NCBI GenBank assembly: GCA_965248435.1
Contig: OZ252100.1
Coordinates: forward strand, 4,192,001 to 4,256,000
DNA length: 64,000 nucleotides
Direction: 5' to 3'
From: Candidatus Latescibacterota bacterium
GTDB lineage: Bacteria > Latescibacterota > UBA2968 > GCA-2709665
In this document: piece by piece, positions 50,053-59,474 of the stretch
Numbering within the stretch: position 1 is the first letter of the stretch
Layout: every line of letters starts with the position of its first letter
Made by a program: the position numbers and the translations under genes
The notes under the pieces: model-generated
What the model saw: only the letters and a program-made list of their open reading frames with translations
What the model was told of the DNA's origin: nothing
The model's database searches: none

Positions 50053-50210
50053 AGAATGTCGAATATCGAATATTGAATGTAGAAGGATGGCTCTGGCACA
50101 GCAGCCAGGGCTTTTTCCTTCATCATTCGACATTCTGCGGTTCGACATTCATTATTCGTGGTTATCTGCGCCTCTGCGGTGAACCTTGGTTTGCGATCCA
50201 CGATCCACGG
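50053..50210. repeat. Short heptamer repeats in inverted arrangement
   Basis: GAATGTC-GAATATC-GAATATT-GAATGTA ... CATTCGA-CATTCTG..TTCGACATTC; also CGATCCA repeats. Confidence 0.55.
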
Positions 50211-50321
50211 ATTCAATGCGTTTCGATATTCACTATCTGTTTTCCTCACCTAGCTAGGTTACTTACACCGTAATGTCCTGAAACTTTACCGTCAGACATA
50301 GCCTGCGCTCCACCGGAAATG

Positions 50322-51173
50322 TCAGTTTGAATCAGGCCGCGAGAGGTCCAAGTAGATCGGTCTGCGGTCAATGAAGACGACCTGGGACTCGATGCCGCAC
50401 TGTGCGGCGGATTCCGAGACTTCGGCGAAATGGCTGCCGATGTGCTTGCTTTGATGGGCGTCGCTGCCAAAGCTGATCTGTTTACCTCCCAGCTCGGCAT
50501 ACCGCTTGACTGCCCAGTCTGCCGGCATCGGCTCGCCGACAGAGTCCCGCATCGTGCTGGTGTTTACCTCGGGAACGAGCTCGGCTGCGATGGCTGTTCG
50601 CCAGATCTCATCAAGGATGTCACTGTATGAGATGATGTCGAATTCTCGGCAGTACCTCTGGCTGTAGCGCTTTACCAGGTCGACGTGGGAGAGAATGTCG
50701 AAGGTGCGGGATCCCGCTCTCTTGTGCTCCAGGCACACCTTTGCTGCCTCCAGGACTGTGGCAAAGTAGATCTCCGTTTCACGCCGCCAATCTAGGTTCG
50801 CCCAGTGCTCCGGTTTGTACTTGGGCTTGCCGTCCCACCAGTGGATACTCAATAAGACGACATCGAAACTGTGCGCGTCGAGGTAGCTCAGGATGTTATC
50901 GATCTGCTCCGGCTGGTAGTCGACCTCGATGCCCAATCCAACACGCAGGTGGTCACCGAACTGCTCACGGAGCTGATCAACCGTCTCAGAAATGGCATCG
51001 TAATCCCATCGGGAGATCTTCCACTCACTCGGATGAGTGTCGAAATGCTCCGTGAAGGTGAGCCCGCTCAGGCCGTTCGCTATTGCCTGTCGGCAGTTCT
51101 CAGCCGGGTCCGCCTTCGAGTCGATGGAGTGCCTTGAGTGCAGATGCTGGTCGTGGAGCGCACTTCGAGCCAT
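50322..51173 (-). CDS. PHP-family histidinol phosphatase (HisJ-like)
   Basis: DQHLHSRHS, FTEHFD, GIEVD, SIH, SHVD, EVNTS, GSDAH. Confidence 0.88.
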   Translation of the reverse strand: MARSALHDQHLHSRHSIDSKADPAENCRQAIANGLSGLTFTEHFDTHPSEWKISRWDYDAISETVDQLREQFGDHLRVGLGIEVDYQPEQIDNILSYLDAHSFDVVLLSIHWWDGKPKYKPEHWANLDWRRETEIYFATVLEAAKVCLEHKRAGSRTFDILSHVDLVKRYSQRYCREFDIISYSDILDEIWRTAIAAELVPEVNTSTMRDSVGEPMPADWAVKRYAELGGKQISFGSDAHQSKHIGSHFAEVSESAAQCGIESQVVFIDRRPIYLDLSRPDSN

Positions 51174-51189
51174 GAGTTTCTTCCCGGGA

Positions 51190-51696
51190 CTAAAGCTTCA
51201 ATTGGGTGTATTCGACATCCAACCAGCGCCCGAATTTGTAGCCGACTTCCTTCAGGCAGCCTACGCGCTCGAATCCCAGGGTCTCTTGAAGCGCCAGGCT
51301 CGCAGGGTGTTCCGTACACGCGCCGCCGAGGATCGTGTGATGGCCAATCTCTCTTGCACGGTTTATGAGGTCGACGAGAATCTCCCGCCCGATCCCCTTT
51401 CGGTGAGACTCGTGATGTACGTAGACCGAGGCCTCGACCGAATGCACGTAGGCACGACGCGACTTCCACGGCGACAGCGCACCCCATCCTGCGACATTTC
51501 CATCCAGCTCGGCAACTAACACCGGGTGGGTACTCGATCTTTCGCTGAACCATTGGCCGAATTCTTGTTCCGTCTTTTGCTCGAGGTCAAATGTGCAGGT
51601 CGAGTTGAAAATGTAATAGTTATAGATGTCACCTATCGCAGGAAGATCATCGATTGTCGCGTGTCTAACGCTCACTTCAGGTTTGGTGCTTTTCAT
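51190..51696 (-). CDS. GNAT acetyltransferase (phosphinothricin acetyltransferase-like)
   Basis: IYNYYI..ST.TF, EASVYV, KGIG, VGYKFGRWLD. Confidence 0.9.
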   Translation of the reverse strand: MKSTKPEVSVRHATIDDLPAIGDIYNYYIFNSTCTFDLEQKTEQEFGQWFSERSSTHPVLVAELDGNVAGWGALSPWKSRRAYVHSVEASVYVHHESHRKGIGREILVDLINRAREIGHHTILGGACTEHPASLALQETLGFERVGCLKEVGYKFGRWLDVEYTQLKL

Positions 51697-51756
51697 TGTT
51701 AAGTCACTGATTTCCAGGTAAGGGTGGTACGAAGGATTGGGACCTCAGGAATATAC

Positions 51757-51782
51757 AAAAAAAGCCTCCCTGAGAGGGAGGC
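51757..51782 (-). terminator. Rho-independent terminator
   Basis: Minus strand GCCTCCC-TCTCA-GGGAGGC-TTTTTTT. Confidence 0.7.
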
Positions 51783-51808
51783 TGTGAGCTCAGGACAGTT
51801 TGGACAAC

Positions 51809-52624
51809 TCAGCCTCCCTTTTCTGCGATGAGCATCAGGCCGTTCGGCAGCTTAGAAACAATCTCTGGCAGGTCACAATTTTCCTCGTGTGAGCCCCACG
51901 ATTCGAACTCATCCATCTCCTTGATGCAGAATCCGGCCTGTGCGATCGCATTCACGACATCGGCAAGCGGATGGAAGAACTCGACGATCTCCGGACCCTG
52001 CCAGCCACCGTACCTGTTGGCCATCGGGGTTCCGTCGAACGGGTAGTACTCGGGCGAGCGATCAAAGTAGCTTCGCTGAATGGTGATCACGCCGCTCCGT
52101 TCTTCGAGGCATTCCGAGACCGGATTGCCGTGTGTCACGACAAGCCTCCCGCCCGGCTTCAGGACCCGGTGCCAGGATTTGCAACACAGAAAGAGGTCCT
52201 CGAACCAGCAGATATATGTGGCGACGACCAGATCGAACTGTCCGTCTGGAATCGGAGCGAGCGTCTGTGCGTCTGCGACCTGAAACTCGACCCGAGAGCC
52301 GATCCTTTCCGCGTTTTCTCTGGCGATCTGGATGGCGACCGGACTGAGGTCTGTCGCGACCACGTTGGCCCCCAAGTTCTCATAGGAGAACGCCTGTTTC
52401 GCGTCACCAGCGCAACAGATATCCAGGAGATTCAGGCCCTTGACGTCGCCGATCCGCTTGAGGAAGCCTTCGTCCAGGTCCACTCCGTCGTTGGCGAAGA
52501 AGGTGTGGAAGTCAGGTCGGTCATTGAGATTGAATTCCATGTAGGCGGGATGGTAGGCATCCCAGGCCTCCCTGAGCATCTTCAGGTGTCGGCTTTTCGC
52601 GTCCTTTTGGTTTTTCTCAGACAT
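51809..52624 (-). CDS. Class I SAM-dependent methyltransferase
   Basis: LLDICCAG, TDLSP, FDLV, RVLKPGG. Confidence 0.85.
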   Translation of the reverse strand: MSEKNQKDAKSRHLKMLREAWDAYHPAYMEFNLNDRPDFHTFFANDGVDLDEGFLKRIGDVKGLNLLDICCAGDAKQAFSYENLGANVVATDLSPVAIQIARENAERIGSRVEFQVADAQTLAPIPDGQFDLVVATYICWFEDLFLCCKSWHRVLKPGGRLVVTHGNPVSECLEERSGVITIQRSYFDRSPEYYPFDGTPMANRYGGWQGPEIVEFFHPLADVVNAIAQAGFCIKEMDEFESWGSHEENCDLPEIVSKLPNGLMLIAEKGG

Positions 52625-52788
52625 TGTATGCCTCGGGAAGGGTGAGTTGGTCGGGAGTTTTCGCCCGTCGTTTCGGAAAGAACCAATCGACATCCGTCAA
52701 TTTCTTGGTTACCTTTCTGCGGGGAAGTTTTACGGTTCCAGGCCGGAATCAAACATTTGTGCAGATTGTTATCTCGGAGGAACCTGAG

Positions 52789-53160
52789 ATGCCAAAGTAT
52801 CCAAAAGGCTATCCAGAAATCGAGCAGGTGATTCAGTGCGGGCCCGTTGTCCAAGTGAGAGATCCTCAGGAGACGGCTCGCTATTACCGAGACATATTGG
52901 GATTCGAGTATGACTTTGGTGGCGAACGTTACGCTGTTGTGTGGAGAGACAACGCGGCCGTCCACTTTGCGAAGAGCGATCAGCCTGCCTCTGGTGTAAA
53001 ACTCTTCCTCTGGGTCAAGGATGCGGATGAAGTCTACGAAGAGTTCAGGAGCAAAGGCGCTCAGATAAAAGTCGAGATAGGCGACAGAGAATATGGAGTC
53101 AGAGACTTTGGCGTCGAAGACCTCAACGGTCTGGAGGTCGTGATCGGACAGGACATCTGA
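52789..53160 (+). CDS. VOC/glyoxalase family protein
   Basis: GGAGG RBS; YYRDILGF, YGVRDFGVEDLNG. Confidence 0.85.
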   Translation: MPKYPKGYPEIEQVIQCGPVVQVRDPQETARYYRDILGFEYDFGGERYAVVWRDNAAVHFAKSDQPASGVKLFLWVKDADEVYEEFRSKGAQIKVEIGDREYGVRDFGVEDLNGLEVVIGQDI

Positions 53161-53185
53161 GCCTGGATTTCAGCGAGTCTGCACG

Positions 53186-53226
53186 AACGGAGAGGGTGGT
53201 CATCAGTCGGCCCTCTCCGTTTTTTT
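53186..53226. terminator. Terminator between convergent genes
   Basis: AACGGAGAGGG...CCCTCTCCGTTTTTTT. Confidence 0.75.
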
Positions 53227-53238
53227 ATTCACAACAGG

Positions 53239-53676
53239 CTACTGAACATTCATCACACAGAGTATTGCCTCGCCCTCTTCATAGAAATCCTTTAGCACCG
53301 CCTCTTCACGGAAGCCGCGTGCGCCGTAGAAGGCGCGAGCGTCCCCGTTTCGTCCTTCGGTGAGAAGCCAGACGTGATGGAGTGGATGCTTGTGGTGAAG
53401 ATGATGCCTGAAGTACTCACGCATGTCTTCGAGTCCCTCGTTCAGCAACCTCGTCCCCCATCCCTGCCTTCGATCGTCTTTATTGAGTATACCGAATTCG
53501 CAGATCTCCACGGTGTGATCGGAGGCAATACGCCAGACGAGCTCGCCTCGATCCTTTCCATTCTCGTCGACAAGCAAGACGGCTCTCTGCCCGTCGATCT
53601 TGTCTTTGTATTCTTCCCTAAGACTATGGAACGGAATCACTCTTGTATGGAGATTCATTGCCTCTCCGCAATTCAC
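53239..53676 (-). CDS. GNAT acetyltransferase
   Basis: RRQGWGTRLL, N..ARAFY...GF. Confidence 0.82.
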   Translation of the reverse strand: MNCGEAMNLHTRVIPFHSLREEYKDKIDGQRAVLLVDENGKDRGELVWRIASDHTVEICEFGILNKDDRRQGWGTRLLNEGLEDMREYFRHHLHHKHPLHHVWLLTEGRNGDARAFYGARGFREEAVLKDFYEEGEAILCVMNVQ

Positions 53677-53686
53677 GCGAGAGCTG

Positions 53687-54537
53687 CTACGTCTGGAGAT
53701 AGATGAGGTCGCCCTCTTCGACGAGGTGATGGAGACTGACGACCTGACCGGGCTGTACGACTGAGTTTCCCCACACTCTGGCCGATTTTAGGGGTGCGTC
53801 TCTCAGCAAGGTCGATTCGGCCGCAATCTCCTCCACCGAACTCGCTCGGGGCTTGAGGTGCGGTGTCCGTTCGGCATCGGTCGCTGGTTTCTCGGCAATG
53901 TAGACACGAATGAGCCCGAGCAGCTCCAGCAAGGCTCCGAGGACCTGTTCAGACTGCGCTTCGCCGAAAAAATCCGTCTGCAGTATCCGATAGTCCGGGT
54001 AGGCGACACGGAGGGATTCTGTCCTGGCTTCCGCAAGGGCGACATCGCGCTTATTCGCGAGGATGATCGCTGGAATAAGCTTCTTGTGCTCGATGTGTGC
54101 ACGGACCTCGTTCTCGCGAAATCCGGATCGGATGACCACCTCGGCGTGTTGGACGCCGGCGTCTGCAAGGATCTTGCTCGCCGTGTTCTGGTCTGCGCGC
54201 GGGATCTCCAACCCGGTGAACCGGATGCCGCCCCGTCCCTTCGGGCGGATCGTGGTCGCCAGAGGACCGGGTATGGGCTCGATGTGAGCGGCGGACAGCT
54301 CGTCGAGGACGGATTCCATCTGCGTGCGCGGGTCCTCCGACAAGTCCGTCACGATCACGACGGCGTCTGCAGATCCGATCAGGTGAAGCAGCGCCCGACC
54401 TGCGCCCTCGCCCTCGGAGAGCCCTGTTACGATCGGAGGGGTATCCACGAGCTGGATGGCGCCGCCCTCGCAGGCCAACATTCCGGGTACCGGCTGCTGC
54501 GTAGCGAAGGGGTAATCGGCGATAACTGTCGGCGCTT
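53687..54537 (-). pseudogene. DRG/OBG-like GTPase with TGS domain, 5'-truncated
   Basis: ADYPFAT (G2), QLVDTP (G3), ANKRD (G4), ARVWG..GQVV..H.VEEGD; the G1 P-loop is missing. Confidence 0.8.
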
Positions 54538-54881
54538 TCCTTTTACGTGAGCAGATTAAAAGGAAAATATATTCCCGTAGGATGCAATTCTCCAGTAAAA
54601 CCGAACATTCCGAGCGGGCGCGTTCGATTCAGGCACGGATAGCTATGCTGGGACTGTGGTTGCCATATGGCGCTCTGTGGGCCAACGATATTGAAACCGA
54701 GCTCCTCAAGTTCCCCACGGGCCGGCATGACGATATAGTAGACACCCTATCCCTTATAGGACGGATGATCGCAGGCCTCGAGAAGGGCAAAGAGCCGAGT
54801 TGGGCTGAGCCTCAATTATCCGGGGAGATGACACTGAATGAGCTGGTCGCTGCAGAAGAGCGCAGCCAAAGGATTTTATGA
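54528..54881 (+). pseudogene. Phage terminase large subunit, C-terminal nuclease fragment
   Basis: RARSIQAR, ELLKFPTGRHDDIVDTLS; stop overlaps the portal start (ATGA); no ATPase domain. Confidence 0.82.
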
Positions 54882-56959
54882 TGGTGAATGAACGCACGCA
54901 TACGCATTGGTTATCCGAAATCGAGCGCTACAACCGTGCGTCTAAAAAATGGCGAGGGGACGCAAAGAAAACAGTCGATCGGTACCGCCTCGAACGTTCG
55001 AATATTCAGGGGTCACGGCGTGCGCGACCTACGTTTAACATCCTTTGGAGTAACGTGCAGACGCTGAAACCTGCAATGTTCTCGAGGACACCAGAGATAA
55101 TAGCAGAGCGCAGGCATAGAGATAAAGACCCGGTTGGAAGGATTACAGCTGAAGTTCTCGAACGCGCCGCAAACGAGGAAATCGAGCGAAACGGTTTCAA
55201 GGATACAATGGACCAGGTCGTACTGGATGTGTTGCTTGTTGGGCGTGGCGTGCCCTGGGTTCGCTTTGAAGCAGACCCTCTGACTCCTATGGATGTTACT
55301 ATACGGGAAGGGGACGAGGACTACTATACCGAAGACGGAGAGACGGCCGATCGTTCGCAGGTTTCTAAGGTAAACGGGCGGATGGTCTGGAATCGGGACG
55401 GAATGACTAATGAACGTACGATGTTGGACTATGTGCACTGGGACGACTTCGCTCATTCGCCAGAGAGGAATTGGGCAGATGTGGAGCGACGCGGTTGGGT
55501 CGCCCGACGCATCGCCTTGACAAAAAAGGAAGGGATAAAGCGTTTCGGTCAAAAATTCAAGGATGTTCCGTTAACGATGTCTACCCGTACGTCGGAGACC
55601 CTTCAGCAGAGTGAGAGATCGGGAGGGAAAGATCTCTATGCCAACGTGTGGGAGATATGGGATGTTGTCAATAGGAAACGAATTTTTGTAGCTACGGATT
55701 TCTCGGATATAATCGAGGAAGAAGACGACCCATACGGGCTCGAAGGATTCTTCCCTTGCACCAGACCCGCTTACGCGACACTCACGAATGAAGATCTTTT
55801 CCCCATACCCGATTATTTGCAGTATCTCGATCTTGCGGAGGAGCTGGATCAGCTCAGCTGGCGTATTCGGAAATTGACCGAAGCGTTGCGTCTGGTAGGT
55901 CTCTACGATGCCTCGGCGGAGGGGCTGGGTAAAGCGCTTGATTCTGGTACTGATGGGAAGATGGTTGCGGTATCTAATTTTTCATCGCTGGTGGGCAAGT
56001 CCGCCTCTGCCGGCGGAGGCCTCAATGGGGTCGTACAGTGGATCCCAATGGGACAGGTAATAGAGACCCTGCTGGGTCTCTATTCTGCACGGGACCAGGC
56101 AAAGGACGTGCTGTACGAGGTGAGCGGTATATCGGATATCGTGCGCGGTCAAGTGGACCCCCGGGAAAAGGCCACAACATCGAGAATAAAGGCTCAGTTC
56201 AGCTCTCAGCGCCTTGAACAGCGACGCCGTGCCGTAGAACGTACTGCGCGAGACGCCGCACGCATACAGGTCGAAATAATAGCAGAACTTTATGACCCGG
56301 CAACTATCCGAGAACAAAGTGGGTTTGATTTCCTGCCCGAGATCGAGAATCTGAAAGATGACGAAGCGGCGCGAACGGAAATATGGGAACAGGTGGCGGC
56401 TTTGATAAGGTCGGACAAAGCTCGAGGATTCAGGGTGGATTTTGAAACCGATAGCACCGTAGAAATGGACGCTGGGCAGACACAAGGGGCACGCACCGAG
56501 TTCCTGCAGTCTGCGGGAAACTTCCTCAATAACGCGCTGCCCGTGATGCAAGCGGCGCCGGACCTAGTGCCTGTGATGGGAGAGATGCTCCTGTTTACCG
56601 TCCGGGGATACCGTGCCGGACGCACTCTGGAAACATCCTTTGAGGAGGCGGTGCAGACTCTAACACAGCGCCTTGAACAGGAGCAGCAGGCGCAAGAGCA
56701 ACAGGCTCAGGAGCCACCGCAACCCGATCCCGAAGCGCAGGCACAGGCCGCACGTATCCAACAGCAGACCGAGATAGAAGGCGCTAAGGGGCAGGCGCAA
56801 ATCCAACGTACGCAACAGCAGGCACAGATCGAGGGAGAGAAGGGACAAATCGAAATAGCTAAATCAGAAGCAGAGCTAGAAGCGATCATCCACCATCTCC
56901 GGTTGGAAAATGCAGAGCTACAAGTTAAGCTACAACAGGCTGCCTCAGTTGAGGTATAG
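54878..56959 (+). CDS. Phage portal protein
   Basis: 693 aa directly after the terminase; FNILWSNVQTL, DYVHWDDF, GFFPC.RP, EVSGISDIVRG, Q-rich coiled-coil tail. Confidence 0.8.
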   Translation: MMVNERTHTHWLSEIERYNRASKKWRGDAKKTVDRYRLERSNIQGSRRARPTFNILWSNVQTLKPAMFSRTPEIIAERRHRDKDPVGRITAEVLERAANEEIERNGFKDTMDQVVLDVLLVGRGVPWVRFEADPLTPMDVTIREGDEDYYTEDGETADRSQVSKVNGRMVWNRDGMTNERTMLDYVHWDDFAHSPERNWADVERRGWVARRIALTKKEGIKRFGQKFKDVPLTMSTRTSETLQQSERSGGKDLYANVWEIWDVVNRKRIFVATDFSDIIEEEDDPYGLEGFFPCTRPAYATLTNEDLFPIPDYLQYLDLAEELDQLSWRIRKLTEALRLVGLYDASAEGLGKALDSGTDGKMVAVSNFSSLVGKSASAGGGLNGVVQWIPMGQVIETLLGLYSARDQAKDVLYEVSGISDIVRGQVDPREKATTSRIKAQFSSQRLEQRRRAVERTARDAARIQVEIIAELYDPATIREQSGFDFLPEIENLKDDEAARTEIWEQVAALIRSDKARGFRVDFETDSTVEMDAGQTQGARTEFLQSAGNFLNNALPVMQAAPDLVPVMGEMLLFTVRGYRAGRTLETSFEEAVQTLTQRLEQEQQAQEQQAQEPPQPDPEAQAQAARIQQQTEIEGAKGQAQIQRTQQQAQIEGEKGQIEIAKSEAELEAIIHHLRLENAELQVKLQQAASVEV

Positions 56960-57204
56960 TCTCGAGTACCATTCTTCGGTCGTAGAACTTCCCGCCGGGC
57001 CGTCTGAGGTCAGTTGAGGTATAGTCTCGAGTACCATTCTTCGGTCGTAGAACTTCCCGCCGGGCCGTCTGAGGTCAGTTGAGGTATAGTCTCGAGTACC
57101 ATTCTTCGATCGTAGAACTTCCCGCCGGGCCGTCTGAGGTCAGTTGAGGTATAGTCTCGAGTACCATTCTTCGGTCGTAGAACTTCCCGCCGGGCCGTCT
57201 GAGG
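56945..57204. repeat. 65-bp tandem repeat x4
   Basis: TCAGTTGAGGTATAGTCTCGAGTACCATTCTTCGGTCGTAGAACTTCCCGCCGGGCCGTCTGAGG at 56945, 57010, 57075 and 57140; one G>A change at 57109. Confidence 0.97.
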
Positions 57205-57284
57205 GGGGAGTTTGATCGGTTCGACCTGGAAGAAACGGCGATTATGCACTTGACAATACCACACATTTTAAAGGAGCTAGATTT

Positions 57285-57587
57285 ATGAGTGTGCGTGGTA
57301 AGTGGGTTCTGGACGAGCAATCGGGAAAGCTTGTCCCCGAGGCTGAGTACTGCGGGCGGGTCACCCGGGAGAAGGGCCCTATGGTTATCAATGATATATC
57401 AGAAGCGTTTGTAAGCCCCGTAGATGGGTCTGTGATCTCGAGTCGCCGGGAGCTCCGAGAGCATAATCGCAGGAATCAGGTGGCGGACGTCGGGAATGAT
57501 GCGGCGTTCAAAAATCCGAAACGCCGGGCCATTAAACACCAAAGTGCTGCTCGGGAGATGGCACGACTATGGAATAAAGAAAAATAG
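57285..57587 (+). CDS. Small phage protein
   Basis: AAGGAG RBS; FVSPVDGSVISSRRELREHNRRN resembles small ORFs found after phage portals. Confidence 0.7.
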   Translation: MSVRGKWVLDEQSGKLVPEAEYCGRVTREKGPMVINDISEAFVSPVDGSVISSRRELREHNRRNQVADVGNDAAFKNPKRRAIKHQSAAREMARLWNKEK

Positions 57588-57647
57588 TTTTCAGTCCGAG
57601 GATTCCACTATATTCCGGCATCACTTGGCAGGTTGGTTGAGAACAAT

Positions 57648-57908
57648 ATGGCAGCTCGGAAAAGGATGATGACCGTCCAGACTATCCGAGAAAGGATTAG
57701 AAAACTCCGAAAGGACCAAGGTCTGAGAGCTGTTGATATGGCAGAGGCCGTGGGCATCTCTAGACCTTTCTACACTCAAATAGAATCAGGCTCAAGACGG
57801 GTGTTGGTGATTTATCAAATGCAACCTGTGTGCCGGTGGGGAAAAGGCAATTGGGACCGCCTGGTCCTCGAATTGCCTGCCCCAATACGTTATAGGGAGA
57901 TGCCATGA
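57648..57908 (+). CDS. XRE/Cro HTH protein, probably C-terminally truncated
   Basis: RIRKLRKDQGL...MAEAVGISRPFYTQIESG; resemblance is lost after about 57805. Confidence 0.72.
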   Translation: MAARKRMMTVQTIRERIRKLRKDQGLRAVDMAEAVGISRPFYTQIESGSRRVLVIYQMQPVCRWGKGNWDRLVLELPAPIRYREMP

Positions 57909-59053
57909 GACGCGAGATCGAGAAACGAGTGAGGCGGCTGGAGGTCTTGGCGATAGTAGCCCTGGTTTCGTGGGCGGCGTTGGTCACTCTTGCGGCGAAG
58001 CCTTACGTGGCAACCTCGTCAATCATGGAAGAGAAGCCTTACGTGGCAACCTCGTCAATCATGGAGGAGAAACTTTACGAGATACTCAACCGACAGAAGC
58101 CTCCTCATCTCGCAAAGCAAGCATTCGGCGTGCTCCAGGCTGAGGAGTTACAAATTGTAAATAGCGTGGGGGATCTTATCGCTTTTATCGGAGCAGACGA
58201 GACCGGCAACGGGGCAATCATCCTTGTGGACAATAAGGGAACTGCTGTTTCTGCTCTTGTTACGAATGAGTTTGGAGATGGTCAATTGGCCGTGCTCAGC
58301 TCTGCAGGAAACCAATTGGCAGTAATGGGTTCGAATGAGGGTGGAGATGGTCAATTGACCGTGCTCAGCTCTGCAGGAAACCCATTGGCAGCAATGGGTT
58401 CGAATAAGGGTGGAGATGGTCAATTGACCGTGCTCAGCTCTGCAGGAAACCGATTGGCAGCAATGGGTTCGAATGAGCTTGGAGATGGTCAATTGACCGT
58501 GCTCAGCTCTGCAGGAAACCCATTGGCAGCAATGGGTTCGAATAAGCTTGGAGATGGTCAATTGACCGTGCTCAGCTCTGCAGGAAACCCATTGGCAGCA
58601 ATGGGCGGAGGAGATTATAGAGGAGGGTTAATAAGCGTCCACAATAAGAATGGCCAACTCGTATCACTTCTGGGTGCCGACGTTCCTGGAGATGGTCAAT
58701 TGACCTTGCTCAGCTCTGCAGGAAACCGATTGGCAGCAATGGGTTCCGGAGATTATAGAGGAGGGTTAATAAACGTCCACAATAAGAATGGCCAACTCGT
58801 ATCACTTCTGGGTGTCAACGTTCTTGGAGATGGTGCCGTTTTGAGTTATAATAGCGAGGGTAAGTTGATCTCGCTCATGAGCTCTGATGAAAACGGGAAC
58901 GGGTCCATGCAAACCTTCAACAATAATGGAACTCCGGTATGGACAGCCGGCGAAGGAACTACATCCTCATCAGGCATCCAAGGCGATTTCGATAACGACA
59001 GTGATGTGGATTTCTTTGATTTTCTAGTTTTTGCTACAAACTTTACGGGATAG
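57905..59053 (+). CDS. Membrane-anchored 23-aa beta-repeat protein with C-terminal dockerin-like motif
   Basis: GGGAG RBS; N-terminal TM; GDGQLTVLSSAGNPLAAMGSNxx repeats; ends GDFDNDSDVDFFDFLVFATNF. Confidence 0.75.
   Translation: MRREIEKRVRRLEVLAIVALVSWAALVTLAAKPYVATSSIMEEKPYVATSSIMEEKLYEILNRQKPPHLAKQAFGVLQAEELQIVNSVGDLIAFIGADETGNGAIILVDNKGTAVSALVTNEFGDGQLAVLSSAGNQLAVMGSNEGGDGQLTVLSSAGNPLAAMGSNKGGDGQLTVLSSAGNRLAAMGSNELGDGQLTVLSSAGNPLAAMGSNKLGDGQLTVLSSAGNPLAAMGGGDYRGGLISVHNKNGQLVSLLGADVPGDGQLTLLSSAGNRLAAMGSGDYRGGLINVHNKNGQLVSLLGVNVLGDGAVLSYNSEGKLISLMSSDENGNGSMQTFNNNGTPVWTAGEGTTSSSGIQGDFDNDSDVDFFDFLVFATNFTG
58274..58830 (+). repeat. 69-bp coding tandem repeats with a higher-order 138-bp duplication
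   Basis: Units at 58274, 58343, 58412, 58481 and 58550, then alternating with GDYRGGLIxVHNKNGQLVSLLG. There is also a 36-bp duplication at 57998-58069. Confidence 0.92.
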
Positions 59054-59098
59054 GGCTAGACAGAGAAGGAGACAGTTGAAAATGAGATCGCGCGTCGG

Positions 59099-59374
59099 GT
59101 TGAGTCCAGCCATCATAGGCCGGGCTTCCTGCTCCTGGTAGTGTAGCTGTTCGAGCTCGACAGGGGGGATATCCCCGATGGGCCCCAGGGGTCGTCTGTT
59201 TGTTGAACCAGTCCACCCACTCGAGTGTCGCGTATTCAACCTGATCGAGGTTGCGCCAGGGCCCTCGTCGACGGATGACTTCGGTCTTGAAGAGTCCGAT
59301 GATCGTCTCGGCCAGGGCGTTGTCGCAGGAGTCGCCGACGCTGCCTACAGATGGCTCGATGCCGGCTTCGGCCG
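59099..59374 (-). mobile_element. IS3-family transposase OrfB C-terminal fragment
   Basis: EAGIEPSVGSVGDSCDNALAETIIGLFKTEVIRRRGPWRNLDQVEYATLEWVDWFN / RRPLGPIGDIPP; frameshifted, no IRs seen. Confidence 0.88.
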
Positions 59375-59424
59375 AGATCCCCGAGCTCCAGGACGACGAC
59401 CTGAATCCCGACTGATATATTTAA

Positions 59425-59474
59425 TGAGTGGAAAGGTTGAGTGGAAAGGTTGAGTGGAAAGGTTGAGTGGAAAG
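59425..59474. repeat. 13-bp tandem repeat x3.8
   Basis: TGAGTGGAAAGGT units in an AT-rich spacer. Confidence 0.9.

Noticed and set aside
56945-57204. CRISPR or TIGR-type guide array
   Set aside because: The units are contiguous and near-identical with no variable spacers, and there is no cas-like gene in the window.
57010-57320. Minus-strand ORFs across the 65-bp array
   Set aside because: They are frame-cycling products of the repeat with no recognisable homology.
54528-57908. Complete prophage or gene transfer agent
   Set aside because: The terminase ATPase, capsid, tail, lysis and integrase genes are absent from the window.
59178-59453. Plus-strand 91-aa ORF
   Set aside because: Antisense frame of the IS3 transposase fragment.
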